Shown here one piece after another: positions 40,856 to 51,200 of a stretch of 64,000 nt of DNA. The notes under the pieces were generated by a model. That model had not been told where the DNA came from and ran no database searches. It saw only the letters and a program-made list of their open reading frames with translations. Both the position numbers and the translations under genes were made by a program. How positions within the stretch are numbered: the stretch's first letter is position 1; the number at the start of each line of letters is the position of its first letter. This stretch comes from Ignavibacteriota bacterium (GTDB taxonomy: Bacteria > Bacteroidota > Ignavibacteria > UBA10030), in NCBI GenBank assembly GCA_963701295.1, contig OY969585.1, positions 1,280,001 through 1,344,000 on the forward strand, in the 5' to 3' direction.

Positions 40856-41590
40856 ATGTCCGTTATTACATTTACCATCGATGGAGAACAATATAGCGCG
40901 AAAGAAGACGATACGATCCTTCAAGTGGCGCGTGATAATAAAATTCCTATTCCCACACTGTGCTATCTCGAAGGTTTATCCACGTTTGGCGCTTGCCGTT
41001 TATGCGTTGTTGAAATCGAAGGATCACCAAAGTTATTTCCGGCATGCACATCAAAACCGACTGAAAATATGGTTGTCCGTACGAGCACCGATAAGCTGAA
41101 AAAATACCGAAGAATGATCGTCGAATTGTTGGCATCTGAAGGAAACCACCAATGTGCCGTATGTGTCGTCAACGGGCATTGTGAATTGCAAGATCTGGCG
41201 TACGAAGTCGAACTCGATCACGTGCGGTTTCCATATCTCTTTCCCAAAAAATCCCTCGATGCAACACATAAAGATTTTGTGATGGATCGAAACCGCTGCG
41301 TTCTATGCACTCGCTGTGTACGCGTTTGCCATGAAGTGGAAGCAGCACATGTTTGGGATATTGCAGGCCGCGGGATCGATTGCGAGATCATCGCCGATCT
41401 CAATCAGCCATGGGGTACTTCTCCAAGCTGCACGTCATGCGGCAAGTGTGTCCGTGTATGTCCGACGGGTGCTTTATTTGAGAAAGGTGCTGCTGTCGGC
41501 GAAATGCAAAAAGAACGCGGCTTTATCAAGTTTATTGTGAACGCGCGTAATAAACACGAATGGGTACGAACAGCACATGAAGAAGAATAG
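40856..41590 (+). CDS. hoxU: Bidirectional hydrogenase Fe-S subunit HoxU
   Basis: IPTLC..CRLC, HQCAVC, CVLCTRC, CTSCGKC...CP. Confidence 0.94.
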   Translation: MSVITFTIDGEQYSAKEDDTILQVARDNKIPIPTLCYLEGLSTFGACRLCVVEIEGSPKLFPACTSKPTENMVVRTSTDKLKKYRRMIVELLASEGNHQCAVCVVNGHCELQDLAYEVELDHVRFPYLFPKKSLDATHKDFVMDRNRCVLCTRCVRVCHEVEAAHVWDIAGRGIDCEIIADLNQPWGTSPSCTSCGKCVRVCPTGALFEKGAAVGEMQKERGFIKFIVNARNKHEWVRTAHEEE

Positions 41591-41670
41591 GATTAATAAA
41601 AAATGATCGAAAAAATGCGCATGAAAACCAACAACGAAAACTGATAATTTAAAACTAGAAATACAAAACT

Positions 41671-42207
41671 ATGAGACCAAGAATAGCAACAGCATGGCTC
41701 GGTGGATGTTCAGGCTGTCATATGTCATTCCTCGACATGGATGAACGGCTGATCGAATTGGCAGACAATATCGAACTTGTGTATTCGCCCATCATCGATA
41801 TAAAAAAATTTCCGGTGAATGTGGATGTCACTCTTGTAGAGGGTGCAGTGACTAATTCTGAAAACGAAGAAATGGCGCACATTATTCGCAAGAACTCGCG
41901 CATCGTCATTGCATTTGGAGATTGTGCAACGACGGGGAACGTCACCGCAATGCGCAATCCGTTCAAGGTCGAAGATATCCAGCGGCGTGCCTATATTGAA
42001 CTTGCCGATAAGAACCAGCACATCCCTGATGAGTATATCACCATTGCACAACTGTTAAAAACGGCCAAACCGCTGCATGAAGTGATCAAGGTGGATGTAT
42101 GGCTGCACGGATGTCCACCGACTGCCGACCAAATTTGGTTTGCTGTAAATGAATTGCTGCAAGGCAGAATCCCGGTACTACCGCCTGCGTATTTGAGATA
42201 TGGATAA
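41671..42207 (+). CDS. hoxY: NiFe hydrogenase small subunit HoxY
   Basis: GGCSGCHMS, GDCA, GCPP. Confidence 0.94.
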   Translation: MRPRIATAWLGGCSGCHMSFLDMDERLIELADNIELVYSPIIDIKKFPVNVDVTLVEGAVTNSENEEMAHIIRKNSRIVIAFGDCATTGNVTAMRNPFKVEDIQRRAYIELADKNQHIPDEYITIAQLLKTAKPLHEVIKVDVWLHGCPPTADQIWFAVNELLQGRIPVLPPAYLRYG

Positions 42208-42265
42208 ATGAAACATGACCCTGAATATGGTTGAGGGTTTCTGATAAAAAAGAAATGAGAAGATT

Positions 42266-43699
42266 ATGTCTAAAATGATTACAATATCGCCGGTGACTCG
42301 TATTGAAGGTCATGCAAAAATCACAATACAACTGGATGACAAGAATGATGTGATCGATGCCCGATTTCATGTGAACGAATTTCGCGGCTTTGAAAAGTTC
42401 ACAGAAGGACGCCTGCTGTGGGAAATGCCCGGTATCACATCGCGCATTTGCGGTATCTGTCCGGCCAGCCATCTTGTAACGTCGGCAAAAGCAGGTGATG
42501 ATATTCTTGCGGTGGAAATTCCCGAAACCGCAGAAAAACTTCGCCGCCTCCTGACGCTTGCACAATGGTTGCAATCCCATGCGCTCAGCTTTTTCCATCT
42601 CTCCGCACCGGATTTTCTGCTGGGTTTCGACTCCGATCCTGCAATACGGAACGTATTTGGCCTTATCGCTGCTGATAAAGAATTTACGAAACGCGGAATT
42701 CGTTTGCGAAAATTTGGACAGGAGATCATCGAAATTCTTGGCGGCCGACGCATACACACTCCGTGGACGGTTCCCGGCGGTGTGCGCGAACCGCTCGAAC
42801 TGGCGAAAAAGAATCACATGCTCACATGGATTCCCGAAGCAAGGGAAACCGTCGGGCTTGCATTAGATGCATTGAAAAAAATCCATAAGAAGTACGCAAA
42901 AGAAATTCCCGAGTTCGGCAATTTCCGCACATTGCTGGTCGGGCTTGTATCCAAAGACGGCGGATTGGAATATTATGACGGATTCCTCCGCATCAAAGAC
43001 GGCAACGACAATACGATTGCCAATGCGATTGAACCGAAAAAATATTTCGAACATTTTGGCGAAGCTGTAGAACCATGGTCATACTTAAAATTCCCGTATT
43101 ACAAACCGTTCGATTATCCAAAGGGAATGTACCGTGTCGGTCCGCTGGCGCGTGTCAACATCTGTGATTATATCGAAACGCCGCTGGCAGAAGCCGAGCG
43201 TAAAATTTTTAAATCACTCAGCGGGAATGTCAATGTCGTGAACAATTCGTTCTATTATCACTATGCACGCTGCATTGAAATGCTCTTTACTGTGGAAAAG
43301 ATCGAGATGCTCTTGAAGGATCCGGCAATTCTCGGAGAAACCATTCGCGCACAAGCATCCATCAATCGGCTGGAAGGCATTGGGTGCACCGAAGCGCCGC
43401 GCGGTGTGCTGTTCCATCATTACCATGTCAATAAAGACGGCGTTATCCAGAAAGCGAATCTGCTCATTGCCACAGCACAGAATAATCTTGCCATGAACCG
43501 CACGGTACGCCAGATTGCTTCGCACTTCATCGATGGCAAGAAAGGAAAGATTACCGAAGGTATTTTGAACCGTGTGGAAGCCGGTATCCGTTGTTACGAT
43601 CCGTGCCTCTCCTGTTCGACACATGCACTCGGACAAATGCCTCTGCATGTGGAATTGCTCAGTGCGGGCGGTGAGGTGCTCGACGAAGTTCGCCGATGA
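42266..43699 (+). CDS. hoxH: NiFe hydrogenase large subunit HoxH (group 3d)
   Basis: TRIEGH, L1 [17 protein letters not shown]2 DPCLSCSTH with C-terminal extension. Confidence 0.96.
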   Translation: MSKMITISPVTRIEGHAKITIQLDDKNDVIDARFHVNEFRGFEKFTEGRLLWEMPGITSRICGICPASHLVTSAKAGDDILAVEIPETAEKLRRLLTLAQWLQSHALSFFHLSAPDFLLGFDSDPAIRNVFGLIAADKEFTKRGIRLRKFGQEIIEILGGRRIHTPWTVPGGVREPLELAKKNHMLTWIPEARETVGLALDALKKIHKKYAKEIPEFGNFRTLLVGLVSKDGGLEYYDGFLRIKDGNDNTIANAIEPKKYFEHFGEAVEPWSYLKFPYYKPFDYPKGMYRVGPLARVNICDYIETPLAEAERKIFKSLSGNVNVVNNSFYYHYARCIEMLFTVEKIEMLLKDPAILGETIRAQASINRLEGIGCTEAPRGVLFHHYHVNKDGVIQKANLLIATAQNNLAMNRTVRQIASHFIDGKKGKITEGILNRVEAGIRCYDPCLSCSTHALGQMPLHVELLSAGGEVLDEVRR

Positions 43700-44145
43700 A
43701 GAAGGTGCTCGTTATCGGCTATGGCAACACACTCCGCGGTGACGATGCTGCGGGGATTCGTGCCGCCGAGTTGATTGCGAAGCGCCGCCCTGAAATCGAA
43801 TGTGTCTGCATGCACCAGCTGATGCCGGAACTGGCTGAACAGATTGCAGTAAGCGATATCGTAATTTTTATTGATGCAGATGTGAATGTTGCAGAACCGA
43901 ATGTGCGTTTGGTTGTGCCCAGTGTTGAGGACGATCAGCCGCGCACACATTTTATCTCCCCGGAATCCTTGTTTCGTCTGAGTCAACAGCTCTATCAGCG
44001 TATGCCGTTGAAAGCGTACGTCATCGGTATTCCTGCCTCACAATTTGAATTCAGTGAAGAATTGTCGGAATCGACGAAGAGAGCAGTAGAGGAAAGTGTA
44101 ATACTGATGGAATCTTTGTTGCTCTCTGGGAATTCAAAGCACTGA
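43696..44145 (+). CDS. hoxW: Hydrogenase maturation protease
   Basis: [20 protein letters not shown]; overlaps the hoxH stop. Confidence 0.9.
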   Translation: MKKVLVIGYGNTLRGDDAAGIRAAELIAKRRPEIECVCMHQLMPELAEQIAVSDIVIFIDADVNVAEPNVRLVVPSVEDDQPRTHFISPESLFRLSQQLYQRMPLKAYVIGIPASQFEFSEELSESTKRAVEESVILMESLLLSGNSKH

Positions 44146-44205
44146 AGTCACTGCTGTACCTTTCAAAGAAAAATTACTGCACGCATCTTCAGTATCCTTT
44201 GGTTA

Positions 44206-44574
44206 TCAACGTTTGCCTCTTTGCACTCCCGAATCTCGAGTTCCATTGTTATTATTATCATTCTTTACCGGCGGTGGATTCGGATTGACTGAACCTCGTC
44301 CTGTTTGTATCGGTCGGTGATCATTCGAACTCGGCGGTGGTGAGGATGATCTATCGGAGACATACGTGGCTGGTGGTAAATATTGTGGTTGTCCCGGCAT
44401 ATGTTCCGGAACTGAGGTTGGATAATATACTTGAATATATTCATCAGTTGGCTGAGGAGCCGGAGCGGGTTCAACATAACCATTTTCCGTGGCATCTCCC
44501 ACAAGAAGAACTGAATAGCATCCGGAAAATAAGAAACTAGTAATAAGAAGAGTAAAAACTAATTTCGATTTCAT
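44206..44574 (-). CDS. Pro/Asn/Ser-rich small lipoprotein
   Basis: MKSKLVFTLLITSFLFSGC lipobox from ATG 44574 with GGAGA RBS; low-complexity mature part. Confidence 0.7.
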   Translation of the reverse strand: MKSKLVFTLLITSFLFSGCYSVLLVGDATENGYVEPAPAPQPTDEYIQVYYPTSVPEHMPGQPQYLPPATYVSDRSSSPPPSSNDHRPIQTGRGSVNPNPPPVKNDNNNNGTRDSGVQRGKR

Positions 44575-44828
44575 GTGGGTTATTCTCCATTCATTTTTTA
44601 ATCGTAATGGTATTAACAAGATACTATATATATGCCACAATAAGTAATTGATTTTAAGAGAATTTGTGTAGGCATGGAAGTATAGCGACTTCTTTTATCG
44701 ACAGTGGTGTAGAGAATTTTGTACGAATATGCATTTGCTCGGTAAGCATGTTGCATAGCAGAGCAAATAATCTATCCTCTCAGTTCTTTTCCTAAATTCT
44801 TACTACATTCTTAATACTTATCTTGGAA

Positions 44829-44976
44829 GTACCTTTAAGGGAAGCACTATCAACTTGAGCACAGTCAAATGTGAGTTTGTTAAGAGGTTGTCGCAATTGG
44901 TTTTGAGCTGACTGTCTTGATTTCTTCGTAACGCCTCATGGAACTGTGAAGAAGAGGTAAGTGTTTTGAAAGGTGC
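44829..44976 (+). ncRNA. Candidate rod-shaped structured RNA or leader, family unknown
   Basis: Seven nested helices read by eye, all centred near 44904, with many G-U pairs on the + strand. Confidence 0.4.
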
Positions 44977-44977
44977 A

Positions 44978-45913
44978 ATGTCGGTGCAACGTAAATATAC
45001 ATTTGGTCCCGTCCCTTCGCGGCGATTAGGATTATCGCTCGGAGTTGATGTTATTCCGAAAAAACTATGCACTCTCGATTGTGTGTACTGCGAAGTCGGA
45101 GTGACCGATAAACGCGGACTCGCGAGGAAAGAATATTTTCTTGCGAAAGATATCCTTGCTGAAGTGAAGGAAGTCATTGCGGAATATCCGAATCTCGATC
45201 ACATCACCATTTCCGGTTCCGGAGAACCGACGCTGAACTCCAAAATCGGCGATATCATTCGCGGTATTAAACAAATGACGGCAGTGCCTGTTGCCGTGCT
45301 GACAAACGGGACATTGCTGGATGATCCAATAGTTCGTCGTGATTTGATGGATGCCGATATCGTTTCACCTTCGCTGGATGCAGTGACGCCGGAAGTGTTC
45401 GGAAAAGTCGACCGGCCTAATCCGAAACTTCGTATAGATAATATCATCGATGGCATTAAAAAATTCCGGCAGGAATACCGCGGCAGAATGTGGATGGAAA
45501 TTCTCTTTGTCAGTGGAATCAATGATCAAAACAATGAAGTTTACAAAATGAAGCACGTGATCGATGAGATTCAACCGGAGAAAGTTCACCTCAACACGGT
45601 TATTCGTCCGCCGGCGTATTCATTTGCCCAACCTACGAGTCAAGAACGCCTAAGGGAAATCCAAAAAATATTGGGTGAGCGAAGCGAAATTGTCTGCATC
45701 TTCAAAGAAACGCATAAAACGCAAGCACATACTACAGACGGGCAAGCGATTCTTGCGCTCCTCAAACGCCGTGCAATGACTGTCGATCAGATGACCATTT
45801 CGTTGGAAATGAAAAAGGAAGAGATCGTAAGCTCGCTCGATCAATTGCTGAAAGGAAAATTTATTAAGACATACATCTTCAACGGGGAAGAATACTTTCA
45901 AGCAGTGTCATAA
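44978..45913 (+). CDS. Radical SAM protein (COG0731-like) with probable C-terminal winged helix
   Basis: FGPVPSRRLGLSLG, CTLDCVYC, GSGEPTL, VLTNG. Confidence 0.9.
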   Translation: MSVQRKYTFGPVPSRRLGLSLGVDVIPKKLCTLDCVYCEVGVTDKRGLARKEYFLAKDILAEVKEVIAEYPNLDHITISGSGEPTLNSKIGDIIRGIKQMTAVPVAVLTNGTLLDDPIVRRDLMDADIVSPSLDAVTPEVFGKVDRPNPKLRIDNIIDGIKKFRQEYRGRMWMEILFVSGINDQNNEVYKMKHVIDEIQPEKVHLNTVIRPPAYSFAQPTSQERLREIQKILGERSEIVCIFKETHKTQAHTTDGQAILALLKRRAMTVDQMTISLEMKKEEIVSSLDQLLKGKFIKTYIFNGEEYFQAVS

Positions 45914-46119
45914 TCTCACCGGCTCATTCGAGAAAAAATTACAAGCCAAGAAATTGTATTGCGATTCCGCAGAGAAGAATAGAAACGCCTGCAGATGCGT
46001 GGGTGTGCCGCTCGAGCTGTCCGGTGGGGAGGATATTTTTTCTTCCTTAAGATATAGAAGAGATTTTTTTTTCGATACCAACCAAGTCAGAATTCCTTTA
46101 GAATAAAGGATAGAACTTG

Positions 46120-46393
46120 TCACTTGTAGTAGCAGATGTAAGAAACATCGGCATCGGCTTCGACATCGAAGAATGCCTTTGCCGGCACAATGAACTCAGT
46201 TTTTTTTCATTGCTACCCAATCTTTCCCTGGGAGTTTCACTTTCAGTGTTCCTGAAGTAATAGCCATACGTTCTTCTGTCGAAGTCGAAAAAGTAAACTT
46301 ACCGGGTGAAATAACCCCGACTGTTGCATTGCCTCCTTCCGTAGTGAGTCCAAAACTTTGCACTTTACCGTCAAAATAGATATTGTGTTTCAT
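46120..46393 (-). pseudogene. ppnP: Pyrimidine/purine nucleoside phosphorylase (YaiE/PpnP), frameshifted at A8 run 46200-46207
   Basis: N.YFDGKVQS, ATVGV..PG..TFST...E.M; stops at MKKN*; shifted frame continues TEFIVPAKAFFDVEADADVSYICYYK* ending at 46120. Confidence 0.82.
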
Positions 46394-46473
46394 GGTCGTT
46401 CCATTGCATGTGGTTTGATAATAAATATTGTGATGTCAGGACTTATGCCTGACATGAACATTGATTGATACGA

Positions 46474-46824
46474 TCATAAAGTGATGGAATCGGTGTCCAA
46501 GTACTTCTTATAGTCCTCACGTGGTGGCGAAAAAATTTCCAATACTATTGAGTCTTCTTGTACATCCGCTTGATGTGAAATATTTTTATGAATACACCAA
46601 CTATCGCCTTTTTTCATTTCATATTTCTTCTCTTCTATATGAAGAACGATAGTACCGGAGACCAAATATCCCGTTTGTTCATAAGGATGGCTATGACGTG
46701 GTACGAGGGTACTCTTCGATAATTTAAATTCTGTCATGAGTGTTGCTTCACCGAGTACGAGTGTCTTAATTAGAATTCCCTGTGCCACTACTTGAAAGTT
46801 CTTATCGGAATGACGGCTAATCAT
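46474..46824 (-). CDS. Cupin domain protein
   Basis: HSHPYEQTGY, GDSW.I....H, FSPPREDY. Confidence 0.9.
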   Translation of the reverse strand: MISRHSDKNFQVVAQGILIKTLVLGEATLMTEFKLSKSTLVPRHSHPYEQTGYLVSGTIVLHIEEKKYEMKKGDSWCIHKNISHQADVQEDSIVLEIFSPPREDYKKYLDTDSITL

Positions 46825-46912
46825 CTTGTCTCCATAATATGAGTGTCATTGCAATAGTTCATATACATCCTTTAGTTAGAAATGTGAATGCACCTTGCCC
46901 CATTCAACATTA

Positions 46913-47443
46913 TCATTGAGCTAAAAAACGATCCAGGCGTTTTTTCTGACGCAGGTGATGGCGAAAGTGCATCTCGATTAGCTGAAACCATTCCCGCGCA
47001 TTCAAAAAACCAAAAGCAGGATGACCAGTCTTTTGAATTTCAGAAGCGCCGGATAATTTCTGTTCTGTTTCCCGAATTATTTTTATGAGTTTTTCCAAAC
47101 CTGTTTTCATTGCCTCAATATTCGGCGGTTGCTTGGGGGTATATGTTTTCGAAGGCGGAACTTTGATCCGCATTGGAGGGAAGTTTTCAAGAAAAAATAT
47201 AAGCTTCCCCGGAAGCTTCTTTCCCACATTTCTCTCAGTTTGTTTACCTTCAAGACATTGCGCGATTTGTTGTAAATGATAAAGGCGGGCACCGGCAATC
47301 AAATGGTTGTACACCTGCCCGATCGACCAAGAATCTGCATTGGGTTTTTTGGCAAACTCTTCTTCGGAGTATTGGCTCAGGGAAGCCAGCCAGACTTCAG
47401 CAGTTTTTTCAAATTGAGATAAAATCGATTGTGTAATTTTCAT
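46913..47443 (-). CDS. DinB/YfiT-family protein
   Basis: WSIGQV..HL, HPAFG.L...EW, HFRHH. Confidence 0.88.
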   Translation of the reverse strand: MKITQSILSQFEKTAEVWLASLSQYSEEEFAKKPNADSWSIGQVYNHLIAGARLYHLQQIAQCLEGKQTERNVGKKLPGKLIFFLENFPPMRIKVPPSKTYTPKQPPNIEAMKTGLEKLIKIIRETEQKLSGASEIQKTGHPAFGFLNAREWFQLIEMHFRHHLRQKKRLDRFLAQ

Positions 47444-47816
47444 GGTTTATAGATCCGGAATATGAACACTGAAAGTCAAAATAAATTCAAATGACACACA
47501 AAAATCAAATTGCTCGTTGAAGAAAAAGAAGTATTGTAGTTAAATTTGTGGCATTGCATTTTGTGACCTCAGATCATATCCTATAGGTGAAAAAAACCGT
47601 TGGATAAAAATGCAGATGCTTCAAAAGTGTAATGAGTTTTCCGTTCAATCGCAATGTGAACCCAATTCGAATCATATTACAGGTAATTGTACGTATTAAT
47701 TAAACGTCTCTTGTTCTCGCAGCTTGAGATATTTTTGCGCTAATCGGAACTCCTGCCGCTCCTATGTCGTCAAACACCGGAAAACAAAATGAGTTTAAAA
47801 CTTGTGATTTAGAAGC

Positions 47817-47914
47817 AAAATTATGGCGGAGGCTGGGTGCTCTTGGCATCAAGCGGTCAAATCCAACAAGCGGCAACCTCCTTCTTGCTATGCTTGTTCA
47901 TCCGCCATATTTTT
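47817..47914 (+). ncRNA. Candidate three-way-junction RNA upstream of the PFOR gene
   Basis: 14-bp closing stem (1 mismatch) enclosing two hairpins, one with a CCTCCTTC loop; read by eye, strand uncertain. Confidence 0.4.
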
Positions 47915-48200
47915 TCCACGAGTGTTGGTTAAATTTGCCTTTCCCGATTTGCCTTCAAAATAATTCATTTATTATCCCTCCAAGCATACACTGATGGTGT
48001 GCAATGAAGTTACTGAGAGATAGCTGCCTACTAAAATCTGCAATCTCTGTTGATTTCTATCTTAAAACTGCGAATTCCGTTTGTAGTTGCGGACATTTTT
48101 TGCGAAATTGAATGAAAATTGACTCTGGAAGACGGAACAATTCTTGCCTGAGAAGATTGACTGTGAACATTTTCATCAACGAATAAAAGAGAAAAATACA

Positions 48201-51200
48201 ATGTCAGACGCGAAGAATGGACGAATAAAAGTTACAATTGACGGCAACGAGGCAGCCGCCTATGTTGCCCATAAACTCAACGAGGTCATAGCAATTTACC
48301 CCATCACCCCTTCATCAAATATGGGCGAATGGGCAGATGAATGGTCGGCATTAGGACGCAAGAACCTGTGGGGCACAATTCCTCAGATAGTCGAAATGCA
48401 GAGTGAAGGCGGCGCTGCAGGTGCAGTGCATGGTGCATTACAAGCCGGAGGTCTTTCCTGCACGTTTACAGCTTCGCAAGGTCTGCTCCTGATGATCCCC
48501 AATATGTTCAAGATCGCCGGTGAACTCACCTCGACAGTCTTTCATATTGCTGCGCGCACCGTTGCAACGCATGCGTTATCGATTTTCGGTGATCATAGTG
48601 ATGTAATGGCAACGCGTGCGACCGGTTGGGCAATGCTCGCGGCAAACTCGGTACAGGAAACGATGGATCTTGCACTCATCGCATATTCATCAACGTTCGA
48701 ATCACGCGTGCCGTTTATCCATTTCTTTGATGGCTTCCGCACATCGCACGAAGTAATGAAGATTGAGCAATTGAGCGATTCCGATTTGAAAGCAATGATC
48801 AACGACGAGTTGATCCAGAAGCTACGCGAACGCGCACTTACACCGGAACATCCGGTGCTTCGAGGTTCTGCACAGAATCCCGATGTTTTTTTTCAGGCGC
48901 GTGAAGCGGCAAACCTCTATTATGATGCTGTTCCCGGCATTGTACAGAAAACTATGGACAAGTTTAAACAGGTCGTTGGTCGTGAATACAAACTCTTCGA
49001 TTACGTCGGTGCACCAGATGCAGAACGTGTTATTGTAATGATGGGCTCTGGTGCCGAGACAGCTCACGAGACAGTGGAATATCTTACGGAGAAAGGTGAG
49101 AACGTTGGCTTACTGAAAATCCGGCTGTATCGCCCATTCTCTATTGAACATTTTGTAAAAGCGCTTCCAGCCACTATAAAGCACATTGCTGTACTGGATC
49201 GCACGAAGGAATCCGGTTCCACCGGCGAGCCGATGTACTTAGATGTCGTAACGGCATTGAGTGAGACTTTTGCCGCCGGTAAAGCTCCGTTCAAAGAGAT
49301 GCCGCGTGTCATCGGTGGACGGTATGGATTATCGTCTAAAGAGTTCACACCGACGATGGTGAAGGCAGTCTTCGATGAAATAAAAAAACCTCAGCCGAAG
49401 AATCACTTTACGGTCGGAATCAATGATGATGTTTCACACACAAGCTTAACTTACGATCCAAACTTCAGTGTTGAGCGAGACGATGTGGTTCGCGCTGTCT
49501 TCTACGGTTTGGGTGCAGACGGAACGGTCGGTGCCAATAAGAACTCTATCAAAATTATCGGCGAAGATACAGACAACTACGCACAAGGGTATTTTGTGTA
49601 CGACTCGAAGAAATCCGGTTCCACCACGACATCGCATTTACGTTTCGGGCCGCGTCCGATCCATTCCATCTATCTCATCGACCGTGCCAGCTTCGTTGCG
49701 TGTCATCAGTGGTTCTTCCTTGAAAAATTTGACGTACTGCAATCGGCAATTCCAGGAAGTACATTTCTATTGAACAGTCTCTATGGGAAGGATGAAGTTT
49801 GGGATCACTTGCCGCGCCACATTCAAAAACAGCTTATCGATAAAAAAATGAAATTGTATGTCATCGATGCATATGATGTGGCAAAGAAAACCGGCATGGG
49901 CAGCCGCGTAAATACAATTATGCAAACTTGCTTTTTTGCCATCTCCGGCGTTCTGCCGAAGGACGAAGCGATTAAAGCCATCAAGTACTCAATTGAAAAA
50001 ACGTACGGGAGAAAAGGCGAAGCGGTTGTTCAGAAAAACTATGAGGCAGTCGATCAGACGCTGGCGAATTTATTTGAAGTTAAAATTCCGTCCAGTGTAA
50101 CGAGCAAGATCGAAATGCCGCCGGTTGTTTCCGACAAGGCGCCGGATTTTGTCAAAAAAGTCACTGCAATGATTATTGCCGGTAATGGTGAACAACTTCC
50201 TGTTTCTGCAATGCCGGTAGATGGCACATTCCCGACAGGGACTGCACAATGGGAGAAGCGAAACATCGCTCTCGAAATCCCTGTGTGGGAAACAGATATC
50301 TGTATTCAGTGCAATAAATGTGCAATGGTTTGTCCGCATGCGGCAATTCGTACCAAGGTATACGATCCTGCAAAATTTGTATCAGTTCCAGCCACTTACA
50401 AATCGATGGATTACAAAGGTGCTGAGTATAAAGGTATGAAGTATACTGTACAGATTGCACCGGAAGATTGCACCGGCTGTACTTTGTGCGTGGAAGTTTG
50501 CCCGGCGAAGAGTAAGAAGGAAGCCAAAGTGAAGGCGATTAACATGAAGCCACAGCCGATTATTCGCGAACAGGAGAAAGCAAATTACGAATTCTTCCTC
50601 GCTTTGCCCGAAGTCGATCGCCGCAATGTGAAGGCCGATTCTGTAAAAGGATCGCAGTTCTTTCTGCCGTTGTTTGAGTACAGCGGCGCATGCTCAGGAT
50701 GCGGTGAAACCCCGTACATAAAACTTGCAAGCCAGTTATTTGGCGACCGAATGCTTATTGCAAATGCAACCGGCTGCACTTCTATCTATGGCGGCAATCT
50801 CCCGACAACGCCGTGGACAAAAAACAGCGACCAGCGAGGTCCAGCATGGTCAAACTCATTGTTTGAGGACAATGCAGAGTTCGGACTCGGTATGCGCCTG
50901 ACGGTTGACAAGCTAAACGAAATGGCGAAAGAGTATGTGACACAGCTTTCGACCGATATCGGTATTGATCTCGCAACTGCACTCATCGATGCTGTCCAAA
51001 GAGACGAAGCGACTATTTATGAGCAGCGTGAACGCGTGAAAATTTTAAAAGATAAGTTGACAGCCATCAAGAAACCCGAAGCGAGGCGTTTATTGAGTAT
51101 CGCAGACAATCTCGTGAAACGCAGCGTGTGGATTATGGGCGGGGATGGCTGGGCATACGATATCGGCTATGGCGGATTAGATCATGTGCTTGCCTCCGGC

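Noticed and set aside
44820-44980. Cobalamin, SAM-I or lysine riboswitch, or an attC site
   Set aside because: Isolated words (AGGGAA, ACTGTG, AAGGTGC) occur, but spacing and the other conserved elements do not fit; no RYYYAAC/GTTRRRY ends and no integrase
47825-47907. tRNA-like element (GGCGGA...TCCGCCA)
   Set aside because: The CCA end arises from the inverted repeat on both strands; no T-arm GTTCRA loop, D-arm or anticodon arm can be drawn
47764-47994. 76-aa ORF upstream of nifJ
   Set aside because: No RBS or motif; the region is better explained by the RNA structure it overlaps, though a leader peptide is not excluded
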